From assembly GCA_943788935.1 (NCBI GenBank), contig CALSSE010000003.1:150493-214492 (forward strand): a stretch of DNA of 64,000 nt, in the 5' to 3' direction. Shown in pieces: positions 30,299-39,675 of this stretch. The stretch is from an uncultured bacterium (GTDB lineage Bacteria > Myxococcota_A > Bradymonadia > UBA7976 > VGTA01). Both the position numbers and the translations under genes were made by a program. The notes beneath the pieces are model-generated. The model worked only from the letters and a program-made list of their open reading frames with translations, did no database searches and had not been told where the DNA came from. Each line of letters starts with the position of its first letter. The stretch's first letter is position 1.

Positions 30299-31588
30299 TT
30301 ACATTCTCCAGTAGGTATATCCTTGTGGCGCACCATCATAGATGCCTTTGATATCCATAAAGACTCCACCATTCTTGACGACATCACAGAGCTCTTGAGG
30401 AGAATGAGACGTGTATTCGTTGTGCGCAACAGCGACAATAGTGGCTACATATTCGCCCATTGGACGATCACTGAGTACGATCCCATATTCTTCCTTCACC
30501 TCATGAGGGTCAGCGTGAGGGTCTACGATATCGACAGTCAGCCCAAAGCTCTCAAGTTCATTGACCAGATCAGCGACTTTAGAGTTCCTAATATCTGATA
30601 CGTTCTCTTTAAAGGTGATCCCTCTCACCAAAACTTTAGCATCTTTGAGACCAAAGTCACTCTTCACCAAAAGTTGTATGAGTCGTTTCGCGATAAAGGC
30701 AGGGATCCCATCATTGATCCTTCGTCCGCTCAATATAACCTCGGGGATATAACCTATCTTTTGTGCTTTATAGGTGAGGTAGTAAGGGTCAACACCGATA
30801 CAATGTCCTCCAACGAGTCCCGGCGAGAACTTGAGGAAGTTCCACTTTGTAGCGGCGGCCTCGATAACGCCTTTGGTGTCAATATCCATTCGGTCAAAAA
30901 TCATTGAGAGCTCATTCATGAAGGCTATATTGAGATCTCTTTGACTGTTCTCTATCACTTTTGCCGCTTCAGCGACCTTCACCGAGCTCGCCCGATATAC
31001 ACCGGCGGTGATAATAGAGGCATAGACCGACTCAATGATCTCCGCTGAGGCCGGGGTATCACCGCTCACTACTTTCAATATCGTGCAAACAGTATGCTCT
31101 GCATCTCCAGGGTTGATCCGCTCTGGAGAGTAACCATAGTGAAAGTCAGTTCCTGCGACGAGACCGCTCTCTTCCTCTAGGATCGGTAAGCAGTCTTCCT
31201 CTGTGCAACCAGGGTATACGGTCGATTCGTAGACTACGATATCACCCTCTGAGAGGACTTTACCGACAGTTCTCGACGCGCCAAATAGCGGTCTGAGGTC
31301 GGGAGTATTATGTTTGTCAATAGGCGTGGGTACAGCGACCACATAAAAGCTACATTGGCTCAGCTCATCGATTTGATCTGTAAAGTGGATATCACACCCC
31401 TCAAAGGCGCTGGCAGAGAGCTCTCTTGAGGGATCTTCACTACGGGTCATCATCTGCACTCGTTCAGCGTTAATATCGAAGCCGACAACCCTAAATTTAC
31501 GAGCGAACTCTAAAGCGAGGGGCAAACCGACATACCCGAGACCAATCACTGCGATACTGGTCTCTTTGTTAGTGATTTTCTCTAGCAT
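30299..31588 (-). CDS. Nucleotide-sugar dehydrogenase (UDP-glucose/GDP-mannose dehydrogenase family, TviB/WbpA-like)
   Basis: N-terminal Rossmann IAVIGLGYVGLPLALEFARKF. Length 429 aa with a catalytic Cys region. Confidence 0.8.
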   Translation of the reverse strand: MLEKITNKETSIAVIGLGYVGLPLALEFARKFRVVGFDINAERVQMMTRSEDPSRELSASAFEGCDIHFTDQIDELSQCSFYVVAVPTPIDKHNTPDLRPLFGASRTVGKVLSEGDIVVYESTVYPGCTEEDCLPILEEESGLVAGTDFHYGYSPERINPGDAEHTVCTILKVVSGDTPASAEIIESVYASIITAGVYRASSVKVAEAAKVIENSQRDLNIAFMNELSMIFDRMDIDTKGVIEAAATKWNFLKFSPGLVGGHCIGVDPYYLTYKAQKIGYIPEVILSGRRINDGIPAFIAKRLIQLLVKSDFGLKDAKVLVRGITFKENVSDIRNSKVADLVNELESFGLTVDIVDPHADPHEVKEEYGIVLSDRPMGEYVATIVAVAHNEYTSHSPQELCDVVKNGGVFMDIKGIYDGAPQGYTYWRM

Positions 31589-31890
31589 AGCTATATCCTT
31601 AAGTAGAAGACGTAGCCTCTATATCCGATTTAATCTCTAATGTCAGCGAATCTGTTGAATAATAATTGTCAAGATAAAGACCATGCTTTGAAGATGAGTT
31701 CAGCCAATAGATAATAAGAATAAGATCAAGGCTATATAGATCGCTTAAAACACCTACATTCTTTTATGAATATTCGACGAGCAACAATGGTAGTGGGCTA
31801 GTGATTACAAGCGTTTAGTAACCATAACTCGCGTAATGTCCATAGAATCTCTAAAGTGTCAAAGTCAGCGTAGCTATGTGGAGGTAGATA

Positions 31891-32523
31891 ATGACTGATA
31901 TACACATACTCTTCTTTCCATGGCTTATCACTCCCATTTTGTTTTGGGCTCCCATAAGTGATGCCAACGGATTATTTGAAGTCACTCTTGGCTCGACCCA
32001 TCCTTCGGGGAGCACTCTAGACGCTGAACCTAGCTGGGGAGGACAGCTCACATTAGGCTGGGGAGGTAAACTACCTACTATGGGGAGTGGGAGCGCTATT
32101 TATGGGTATGGAGCGATTCGACATGATGCACTAACTCAACGAGGTCACCTCTCCTTAGGCTCTCCTTCTCTAGAGCGGTCCCAATGGACTCCGAGCTTTG
32201 GCCTGAGATTTTATAACGCGACGTCAGATCATTGGAGACTGTGGCTAGATTTAGGTCTAGGATGTACTTTTGATCGAAGCGAGGTCTCGTTTAGGGGGAT
32301 CGGACCCCGGCAACCTTTCTCCGGCGAGACCGGTACACTCTCGATAGGCGCAGGGCTTCAATACAAAATATCGGCAGGGCTCTTACTCTCTTTGTCATAT
32401 GAGCAACTGTTTTATATGAGCCCTGATCAGCTAGGCTTTGCAGAAGAGGCCTTATTAACCGGTTCAGAACCCTCTATTAGCGGTCGTGGGCGATGGGGCG
32501 TTGGGATCGGGTTTTATCTATGA
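31891..32523 (+). CDS. Putative small outer-membrane beta-barrel protein
   Basis: Signal peptide. Alternating Gly/aromatic beta-strand-like segments. Terminal GVGIGFYL aromatic end. Confidence 0.35.
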   Translation: MTDIHILFFPWLITPILFWAPISDANGLFEVTLGSTHPSGSTLDAEPSWGGQLTLGWGGKLPTMGSGSAIYGYGAIRHDALTQRGHLSLGSPSLERSQWTPSFGLRFYNATSDHWRLWLDLGLGCTFDRSEVSFRGIGPRQPFSGETGTLSIGAGLQYKISAGLLLSLSYEQLFYMSPDQLGFAEEALLTGSEPSISGRGRWGVGIGFYL

Positions 32524-33488
32524 GATTTTATATATCGAGCATCATAATCAACTTGATCTGTTTAATCTTTATCAACCTTAACCTCGTATCAGGGACCAGT
32601 AACGCGGCCGCTTGGACAGGAGGGGTCACCGGCTCGTTGAGTATTGGTTCAGATGAGCGGCGTCCGGTCTCGGGTGCTGGCAGTTTAGATCTATTAGAGG
32701 GCCTATCCCTGTTGGGAACCATTTATATTGATAGGGATCATCGAGGAGTCTTTCAGCTCAAGCTAGACCCCTCTGACCTCAGTGACTTCAGCGGGAGAAT
32801 TAATACACGCCTTGAGCTTCCAGATGACCTTAGAGCGCAGGATGCTCCTCTCGTCACCTACCAAGTTTATTCTTCTAATGGACAGCTCTTATTTAACGGA
32901 GAGAGCGTCGCTGGGTGGGCTGAACTAGAAGGACAAAGCGAGCGTGAGCTCACCATTAGCTTTGAGTTAACAATCGCCTCTCGAGGAGTCGCCGAGGGAG
33001 AGCAGCTCCTCATCTTTAGCGATCGCTTAGTGCTAATAAACCCCAACGACCCGCAGGCCACTATGGCTACTGACGTCATCATCGGCGCTGCTCCTAGAGC
33101 TGATAATAATCACAATGAAGATCGCTTCGATGATGAGATCACCATCAGCGAACAGGGCTGTGACTACGACAGCGACTATGATAGTGACTATGATAGTGAC
33201 TATGATAGTGACTATGATAGTGACTATGATAGTGACTATGACAGCGACTATAGCAGTGGTAGCGAGGAGATCAGCTGCGATAGTGACTCGGGAGATAGTG
33301 ACTCTAGCAGCGATAGCTGTACAGATGACGAATGGGCCGCTGAAGCGACTACAAAGAGAGCCTACTCTAGCAACGCTCGTCAAGCGCTTAAGCGCTGGCG
33401 TCTCCTTAATCGACTGCTCCCTCTCCTCTGTTCATTACTCTTAGTCAGAATCTGGCGCCGACTACTCTCACAGGGCATAGAGCACTAA
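32493..33488 (+). CDS. Secreted acidic protein with (DYDS)n repeats
   Basis: Signal peptide. 9-bp repeat gactatgatagt at about 33170-33250 gives (DYDS)n. The Cys-hydrophobic-RR C-tail (CSLLLVRIWRR) is weakly MYXO-CTERM-like. Confidence 0.45.
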   Translation: MGRWDRVLSMRFYISSIIINLICLIFINLNLVSGTSNAAAWTGGVTGSLSIGSDERRPVSGAGSLDLLEGLSLLGTIYIDRDHRGVFQLKLDPSDLSDFSGRINTRLELPDDLRAQDAPLVTYQVYSSNGQLLFNGESVAGWAELEGQSERELTISFELTIASRGVAEGEQLLIFSDRLVLINPNDPQATMATDVIIGAAPRADNNHNEDRFDDEITISEQGCDYDSDYDSDYDSDYDSDYDSDYDSDYDSDYSSGSEEISCDSDSGDSDSSSDSCTDDEWAAEATTKRAYSSNARQALKRWRLLNRLLPLLCSLLLVRIWRRLLSQGIEH

Positions 33489-33554
33489 TAGAGATATCAC
33501 TAACAATGATCAGTCATGGTCAGATCAGTCATGGTCAGATCAGTCATGGTCAGA

Positions 33555-34364
33555 TCAGACGTAGCCACGACTCAACAGCTCATCAATAGCCTTCAAGAGA
33601 TGATCTTCGCTCATCAGAGTCCCTCTATAGGTCTCTGCGCCTATCAGCGAGTGACAGAGATTAAGGCCTGATTCTCGTTCATCTGACTTTACGTCGAGAC
33701 GATAGTGGTCAAGCGCCTGACCATTACCCTCGCTGAGGTCGATGATCAGATGTGGACTAGCGCTCCCGATACACCTAGTTAATGGAAAAGAGGAGATGGT
33801 GTTTAGCGCTGTTAAGAGCTTTGGGCCGATCATTTGTGGTGCGATATGCTCCTCATCAACGCGTCTAATCACTGATTGACAAGCATAAATATAATAATCT
33901 AAGAAAGGATTATCCCTTTCAAAATAGCACAGGGCATTACAGACACTCCGGTAAACCTTCCAAGTCATCTTATGAGAGTTCGTTGAGCTCTTATGAGCAA
34001 CTCGCTTGTCTCGTTTGGGCTGTACCCAACGCTCCTGACCGAAACCGAATGTCCCTTGAGGGAAGCTAAAAGCCCTTGGATTAAAAATCAAAACGTCGGC
34101 GTCAAACCATATCACCCGCCGATAGCTCTTGAGAGCCTCTCTAATCGCTAAGAGACGTCCAAGGTCACTCAAGATTGGGCCTCGATGACCGACCTTAAGG
34201 ACAAAGTCTTGGGGGAGGGGGCGGAACAGCTCATCTCCCATGTAACTGTACTCCCAACCTCTCAAAAGACAGAGTTCTCTGACACTGTTCATGCATCGGT
34301 CAATCCATAAGGGGAGAGGTCCATCCTTAAACGACTGAATCAGCAGAGTCTCAGACAAGCCCAA
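33555..34364 (-). CDS. Hypothetical protein, possibly DXD-type glycosyltransferase-like
   Basis: SDLGRLLAIREALKSYRRVIWFDADVLIF resembles the Gly_transf_sug/Caps_synth DXD region. Overlaps the upstream gene by 14 bp. Confidence 0.3.
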   Translation of the reverse strand: MGLSETLLIQSFKDGPLPLWIDRCMNSVRELCLLRGWEYSYMGDELFRPLPQDFVLKVGHRGPILSDLGRLLAIREALKSYRRVIWFDADVLIFNPRAFSFPQGTFGFGQERWVQPKRDKRVAHKSSTNSHKMTWKVYRSVCNALCYFERDNPFLDYYIYACQSVIRRVDEEHIAPQMIGPKLLTALNTISSFPLTRCIGSASPHLIIDLSEGNGQALDHYRLDVKSDERESGLNLCHSLIGAETYRGTLMSEDHLLKAIDELLSRGYV

Positions 34365-35565
34365 GGGCTCCTTCTTTTCTGGATCGGATACGCGATATTC
34401 CCATAGAAAGCGCGATCAAGAGAAGCGCCAAGAGAGATCTTGAGTTGGAAGATTGTTCACAGCCTTCATCATCTCCACCGCCACTGCTCTCTTCCATCGA
34501 TTCTTCTTCCATCGATTCTTCTTCCATCGGTTCTTCTTCCATCACTTGGGGAATAGGAGTATTCGCTGAAGCGCCATTAATCCCGACCGTCTCACAGGTC
34601 ACCCCTTCAATGGGAGGTGTGTTCTCAAAAGGATTAGGTTCAGGGAATTGAGCGTCAGAGCAAGCGGAGGGCTTACCTAATGTAGCGCAGGTTATCTGAT
34701 CAAACCCCGCTCGCTCTCTCCCCCACTCATCGAGAGCGACCACCTTAAAGCACTCTTCTCTCGGAAAAGGAGCATAGAGGACAGGGAAGCTGACTTGCAC
34801 AGAGCGTTGTGATCGCTCTTCACTCACCCCTGGCAAGAAGGCGACTGGGCGCTCAACATCATCAATGAGATCTAGCCCAGCATCAGGGTCGCTCGGTGTG
34901 GAAGATACTCGATAAATAAGATAGCTCACCTCATGATTGGGGAGCGCTCTAAAGCCGACTTTGAGTTGTAAAAAACTAGGGACAATACAGTCAAAGTTTT
35001 CGGGGTCACTGAGGTACAGTCCTTCCCCTTCACATAGGTTGCCATCAATCTCAACCGTTTGAGCACCCTCAAACTGATTATAGTCTACTTCTAAGGAACC
35101 GCGGGCGGTCCTAAAATTAAGCGTGTAATCAGAATACATCGCTAACGCGGGATTGGGAGGGGAGAGAGTGAGTGTGTAATCAGTACTGATCTCGAGGCTC
35201 ATCAATGGCTTGAGTAAAGCGACCTGTGGACTCAAAGGACCATTCTCTACTAGCTGAGTAGTGGTACGAAAGTAAATCACCGCTGGAATAGGTGTCCCCG
35301 TCTCATCTTCGAAGGTGATATCCTCAGGGATAGGGCACCACTCTCCAATATAGCTGAAGCGGATCGCTGCGTCGGTTGACCATCGGGCTGAATCACTCTC
35401 TAAAATCTCTATTTTAGGTGGGGAAGTGAACGAGAAGTTAACATTATCGGACTGGCCACAGCTTTGCGCATGAGCATCATGGCAGACATCCATCGCTCCA
35501 CACATAAAGATAGCGCAGAACGCGAAGGGGGATATGACATTTGATGTGATATATCTGTCTTTCAC
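34351..35565 (-). CDS. Secreted surface protein with a MYXO-CTERM-like C-terminal sorting tail
   Basis: Signal peptide. (EEESM)3 repeat. C-terminus SSGGGDDEGCEQSS-NSRSLLALLLIALSMGI-SRIRSRK gives Gly-rich, Cys, TM, then a basic cluster. Confidence 0.5.
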   Translation of the reverse strand: MKDRYITSNVISPFAFCAIFMCGAMDVCHDAHAQSCGQSDNVNFSFTSPPKIEILESDSARWSTDAAIRFSYIGEWCPIPEDITFEDETGTPIPAVIYFRTTTQLVENGPLSPQVALLKPLMSLEISTDYTLTLSPPNPALAMYSDYTLNFRTARGSLEVDYNQFEGAQTVEIDGNLCEGEGLYLSDPENFDCIVPSFLQLKVGFRALPNHEVSYLIYRVSSTPSDPDAGLDLIDDVERPVAFLPGVSEERSQRSVQVSFPVLYAPFPREECFKVVALDEWGRERAGFDQITCATLGKPSACSDAQFPEPNPFENTPPIEGVTCETVGINGASANTPIPQVMEEEPMEEESMEEESMEESSGGGDDEGCEQSSNSRSLLALLLIALSMGISRIRSRKEGALGLV

Positions 35566-35584
35566 AGAGAGACCTCCTAGGTGA

Positions 35585-35660
35585 TGAATCGGATCGGATC
35601 GGATCGGATCGGATCGGATCGTGTCGGATCGTGTCAGATCGTGTCGGATCGTGATGAATG
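35585..35660. repeat. GGATC pentanucleotide microsatellite (x6) followed by GGATCGTGTC decamer repeats (x4) in a promoter region
   Basis: Directly visible. Lies 20-95 bp upstream of the start codon of the 34351..35565 gene. Contains at least 10 GATC sites. Confidence 0.9.
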
Positions 35661-35704
35661 ATATAATGGGCTAAAAGTGATATCTTGGGTGATATCTCAT
35701 TAAA

Positions 35705-36385
35705 TTACCACTGAATCGGCGCTTGTTGATGAGTGATCAAAGCGGCGTTGGTCTTAGAGAAAGGTGCGCTCCCTAAGAAGCCTCTAAAAGCGGAGAGAGG
35801 TGAGGGGTGAGCGCTCTCGATGATCGTATGTCGCTTATCGATCAAGCGAGTCTTCTTCTGAGCCGGCTTACCCCACAGGATAAATACTGTGTGGGAAGAT
35901 TGAACGCTCACCGCTTGAATGATGGCATCAGTGACCGCTTCCCAACCTCGACGCTTATGAGAGTGAGCCTCACCGCGTCTCACCGTCAGCACTGTATTGA
36001 GTAACAATACACCTTGAATAGCCCAGTCGCTAAGCTCACCGCTCTCTCGTGGCTCTATCTCGAGATCCGCCTCCCTCTCCTTATAAATATTACGTAAGGA
36101 TGGAGGGAGTCTCTTGATCGAAGCGCGCACCGAGAAGCTAAGTCCATGTGCTTGCTGAGGTCCATGATAGGGATCTTGCCCAAGGATCACCACCCGTGTC
36201 TTTGGAAGAGGACAAAGTTGCAGAGCAGTAAAGACCTCTCCGGCAGCTGGGTACACCTCGGTGCTACGACGCTCATCACTTACAAATGAATCCAACCTTT
36301 GGACAAGAGAGTGATCTAAATGATTATTGATGGCCTGTCTCCACTCGATGGAGAGCGCTTGATACTCTTTCAAAACAGAACTCAC
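35705..36385 (-). CDS. ung: Uracil-DNA glycosylase, family 1
   Basis: VVILGQDPYHGPQQAHGLSFSV and GVLLLNTVLTVRRGEAHSH are canonical UNG motifs. Confidence 0.85.
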   Translation of the reverse strand: MSSVLKEYQALSIEWRQAINNHLDHSLVQRLDSFVSDERRSTEVYPAAGEVFTALQLCPLPKTRVVILGQDPYHGPQQAHGLSFSVRASIKRLPPSLRNIYKEREADLEIEPRESGELSDWAIQGVLLLNTVLTVRRGEAHSHKRRGWEAVTDAIIQAVSVQSSHTVFILWGKPAQKKTRLIDKRHTIIESAHPSPLSAFRGFLGSAPFSKTNAALITHQQAPIQW

Positions 36386-36558
36386 TCTAGCCCTCGCTTT
36401 TATATTCTACTCGCTTGATCCATAGCTTCGATGAGTGGGGTGGTGACTACTTACCCAATTGCCGGGAAGCGCTGATTCATCTTTACAGTCTCTCTCATGC
36501 TCTGACAATATCACATTGATAAACACGACATGATATTGAGAAACACGATGAACAGTCG

Positions 36559-37221
36559 ATGGAGAATCAACATCGAGAGGAGAGCACAATGGGATGGACA
36601 AAAGAGCAAATGGTCTCAAGAGCAGCGAATGAGCTTAATGATGGCGATGTTGTCAATTTAGGGATCGGTATGCCCACTTTAGTGGCGAATGAGATCCCCG
36701 AAGATATACATGTATGGTTACATAGCGAGAATGGACTGCTCGGGATGGGTCCTTTTCCTTATGAAGGAGAAGAAGATCCTAAGGTGATCAATGCTGGCAA
36801 ACAGACTGTCACTATATTATCGGGAGGGAGCGTCTTTGATAGCGCCCTCAGCTTTGCGATGATCAGAGGCGGTCATATTGACCTCTGTATTTTAGGAGGT
36901 ATGGAGGTGAGTGAGAGTGGTGATCTTGCTAATTGGATGATTCCGGGGAAGAGGGTCAATGGTATGGGGGGGGCGATGGATCTAGTCTCGGGCGCCAAGA
37001 GGGTGGTCGTCTTAATGAGTCATCGTTCTAAGAAAGGCTCAGCAAAGCTCCTAAAGCGCTGCTCTCTTCCCCTCACCGGAGAGCAATGTGTAAATAGAGT
37101 CATTACAGACCTAGGGGTCCTCGATATCACTGAGGAGGGTTTCTCTCTCGTTGAACTCGCTGAAGGGGTCTCTTTAGAACAGCTAAAAGAGGCGACTGGA
37201 GCCGAGATCATCATCTCATAA
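36559..37221 (+). CDS. scoB: 3-oxoacid CoA-transferase subunit B (ScoB/AtoA family)
   Basis: Matches subunit B of family I CoA transferases, for example WTKEQMVSRAANELNDGDVVNLGIGMPTLVAN...SENGLLGMGPFP. No A subunit adjacent. Confidence 0.8.
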   Translation: MENQHREESTMGWTKEQMVSRAANELNDGDVVNLGIGMPTLVANEIPEDIHVWLHSENGLLGMGPFPYEGEEDPKVINAGKQTVTILSGGSVFDSALSFAMIRGGHIDLCILGGMEVSESGDLANWMIPGKRVNGMGGAMDLVSGAKRVVVLMSHRSKKGSAKLLKRCSLPLTGEQCVNRVITDLGVLDITEEGFSLVELAEGVSLEQLKEATGAEIIIS

Positions 37222-37271
37222 AAAAGAGCTCAACTTCTCTAGGCTCATTGACTCTCTAGACTCATTGACTC

Positions 37272-38477
37272 TCACCCCAAGATGAGCCGATAGCAGAGAT
37301 GATCTAATATCTCTCTCCCACGATAGGTCGCGATCCATCGGCCATGAGGGGCCTGTGGTGAGGACGATGTGGCGAGTAAAAGCCCCTCTTTAATCAAGGA
37401 CTGAGCGTGACTAGAATACCGAGCTGCTATGTCAGCGGTGAGTCTGAGCCCTTCGGTAAGCCTGAGCCCTACTAAAACCGACTCTTCAGCGAGCGCCTCA
37501 TCGTCTAGAAACCCTCGCTCTTCCTCTAGAGTAGAAAGGGGGTCACCGATGAGAGACCGCTCAAGATAAGACTTAATAGAGCGAGTGTTTTGCCACCTTA
37601 AGGCTCGCAGAGAACGACCCTCTTGATGTGGTAAATATACTCTCGCATGTGCGCCTGCGCCTATCCCTAAATATTCTCCCATAGTCCAATATAAGAGATT
37701 ATGTCTCGACTCTTCTCCCGAGAGAGCAGCATTGCTGACTTCGTAGAGCGGCATACGGGCCTCAGCAAGACGAGCTTCTAAGACTCGATAAATACGTAAG
37801 AGCTCTTCTTCGGGCTCAATGAGTATCTCTCCTCGGCGGGCTCTGGCGCCAAAACTAGTCTGTGGCTCAATGGTGAGTTGATAAAGTGAGATATGACTCG
37901 GCGAGACCTGTAGAAGTGCTTCAAGATCGAATAGAGCCTCTCTCTCCGTCTCTCCGCTAAGGCCATGAATGAGATCTACATTCACTCTCTCAATCCCGAC
38001 GAATCTAGCCCAATCCACCACACTCCGAACCTGTTCGGGTGTATGATCTCTACCGAGACGCTGTAAAGCGATCGGTCTCATCGACTGAGCGCCTAAACTA
38101 AGACGATTAACACCGATTGAGCGCCACTCATGCAAAAGCGCGAGGCTCACCTCGGCAGGGTTAGCCTCAATCGTCACTTCAATCTGATCATCAAACCCGA
38201 AGAGATCAGCACAACTTTCAATATATTTCCCAAGGCTCTTGGTGGACCAAAGCCCTGGGGTACCTCCTCCGAAATATAAGCTAGTAAGAGGTCGGGGAGT
38301 CCAACCATAATGACTTAAGTCTTCAATACGTAGGCTCGTCTCGTTAATCGCAGCCTGTAAATATTGGTTATGGGGGATCTCTCCTACCGTGAGGGTAAAG
38401 TCGCAGTATGGGCATCTTTGACTGCAGTAGGGGAAATGAAAATATAGGCCAAACTCTTGACCGTTTTGAATTACCAA
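37272..38477 (-). CDS. hemW: Radical SAM HemW/HemN-like heme chaperone (coproporphyrinogen III oxidase-like)
   Basis: GLYFHFPYCSQRCPYCDF gives the CxxxCxxC cluster with the HemW N-terminal signature. 401 aa. Confidence 0.8.
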   Translation of the reverse strand: MVIQNGQEFGLYFHFPYCSQRCPYCDFTLTVGEIPHNQYLQAAINETSLRIEDLSHYGWTPRPLTSLYFGGGTPGLWSTKSLGKYIESCADLFGFDDQIEVTIEANPAEVSLALLHEWRSIGVNRLSLGAQSMRPIALQRLGRDHTPEQVRSVVDWARFVGIERVNVDLIHGLSGETEREALFDLEALLQVSPSHISLYQLTIEPQTSFGARARRGEILIEPEEELLRIYRVLEARLAEARMPLYEVSNAALSGEESRHNLLYWTMGEYLGIGAGAHARVYLPHQEGRSLRALRWQNTRSIKSYLERSLIGDPLSTLEEERGFLDDEALAEESVLVGLRLTEGLRLTADIAARYSSHAQSLIKEGLLLATSSSPQAPHGRWIATYRGREILDHLCYRLILG

Positions 38478-38573
38478 AGTATGATTCCTGTTAATACAGT
38501 GAAGCTAAAAGATACTGATATGATTCATTAGGCTTTAAACTCTCAATGAAAATATAGTAAGGGGAAACACTCC

Positions 38574-39551
38574 TTGACGCCTCAAGTTATAACACAATCA
38601 AGTAAGCCAAGGTATAGGATAAACGCAGTCGCTGAGATGATCGGTGTCTCAGCGGCTAATTTAAGAGCTTGGGAGAGGCGCTATGGCATCCCTAAGCCTG
38701 AACGAGGCAATAACTCCTATCGGTTATATAGCGACCAAGATGTCAATCTCCTCAAATTGATGAAATCGCTATGCGAAGCGGGACACGCTCCTTCGAATGC
38801 AGCGACCATCGCGCTCTCTAAACTCTCAGTAATAGAAGAGCCCGAGCCTAAAGTATTCATCGGCTTACAAGACATGAAGAGCGCGCTCATTGAATCAGCA
38901 GTCAAATTTGATGCACAAGAGATTGATCGGATCCTCTCGCGAGCGATTATTACTGAGAGCGCTTGGACAGTTTATCAAGAGGTCATTGAGCCTGCATTAC
39001 ATGAGATGGGTGATTTATGGGAGAGAGATCAGAGTTTCCTCGCCAACGAGCATCTTCTCACACATTCAATCAAAGGGATTCTAGTACAGCTACTCAAGGT
39101 AGTCCGACCACCGAAACCTAGAAAAAAGGTCCTTCTCGCCTGTGTCGCTAATGAGCTACATGATATTCCTCTCTATGCGTTAGCGTTGAGAGCTTCACAC
39201 TCAGGTTGCCTCCCCATTATTATCGGAGCGAACACCCCACCTACAGCACTCAAAGCAGCGGTCACTCAAATCAAGCCTGATATCGTCGCCTTGTCAGCGA
39301 CGACCGCTTTAAGCTGTATAGAAACAAGTTTGAAGCCTTCTAATCTAATGAGGGCAGAGATCGCCGCAGGCAATGATATCTGGGTCAGTAGGAGTGGGCT
39401 GATCACCTCTCTGAAACAATATCAACAAGCCTGTGGAGAGACGTCATGGATGATCGGCGGTCAATCAGAGCAGACGTGGAATGAGATCCCTTTAGAGATT
39501 AAGAGTCATATCTGCTCTGACACAGACCACTTTGACACTCTATTACAATAA
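38574..39551 (+). CDS. MerR-family transcriptional regulator with a C-terminal B12-binding-like domain (CarH/LitR-type, variant His motif)
   Basis: N-terminal MerR HTH YRINAVAEMIGVSAANLRAWERRYGIPKPER. The C-terminus KKVLLACVANELHDIPLYALALRASHSGCLPIIIGANTPP...KPDIVALSATT follows the B12-binding Rossmann pattern, but ELHDIP replaces DxHxxG. Confidence 0.55.
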   Translation: MTPQVITQSSKPRYRINAVAEMIGVSAANLRAWERRYGIPKPERGNNSYRLYSDQDVNLLKLMKSLCEAGHAPSNAATIALSKLSVIEEPEPKVFIGLQDMKSALIESAVKFDAQEIDRILSRAIITESAWTVYQEVIEPALHEMGDLWERDQSFLANEHLLTHSIKGILVQLLKVVRPPKPRKKVLLACVANELHDIPLYALALRASHSGCLPIIIGANTPPTALKAAVTQIKPDIVALSATTALSCIETSLKPSNLMRAEIAAGNDIWVSRSGLITSLKQYQQACGETSWMIGGQSEQTWNEIPLEIKSHICSDTDHFDTLLQ

Positions 39552-39585
39552 ATAGGGCCCGCTATATAGGTTTTCTCTAAACGTA

Positions 39586-39672
39586 TCGAGTAACGAGTAA
39601 CGAGTAACGAGTAACGAGTAACGAGTAACGAGTAACGAGCAACGAGTAACGAGTAACGAGCAACGAGTAACG
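39586..39672. repeat. 7-bp tandem repeat (taacgag) x~13 between convergent genes
   Basis: Directly visible. Two units are cgagcaa variants. Confidence 0.9.
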
Positions 39673-39675
39673 TTC

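Noticed and set aside
33033-33444. ORFs 33033..33383 (-) and 33115..33444 (+) with (IVT)n repeats
   Set aside because: These are alternative-frame readings of the 9-bp (DYDS)n coding repeat. The +1-frame gene 32493..33488 with a signal peptide explains the region.
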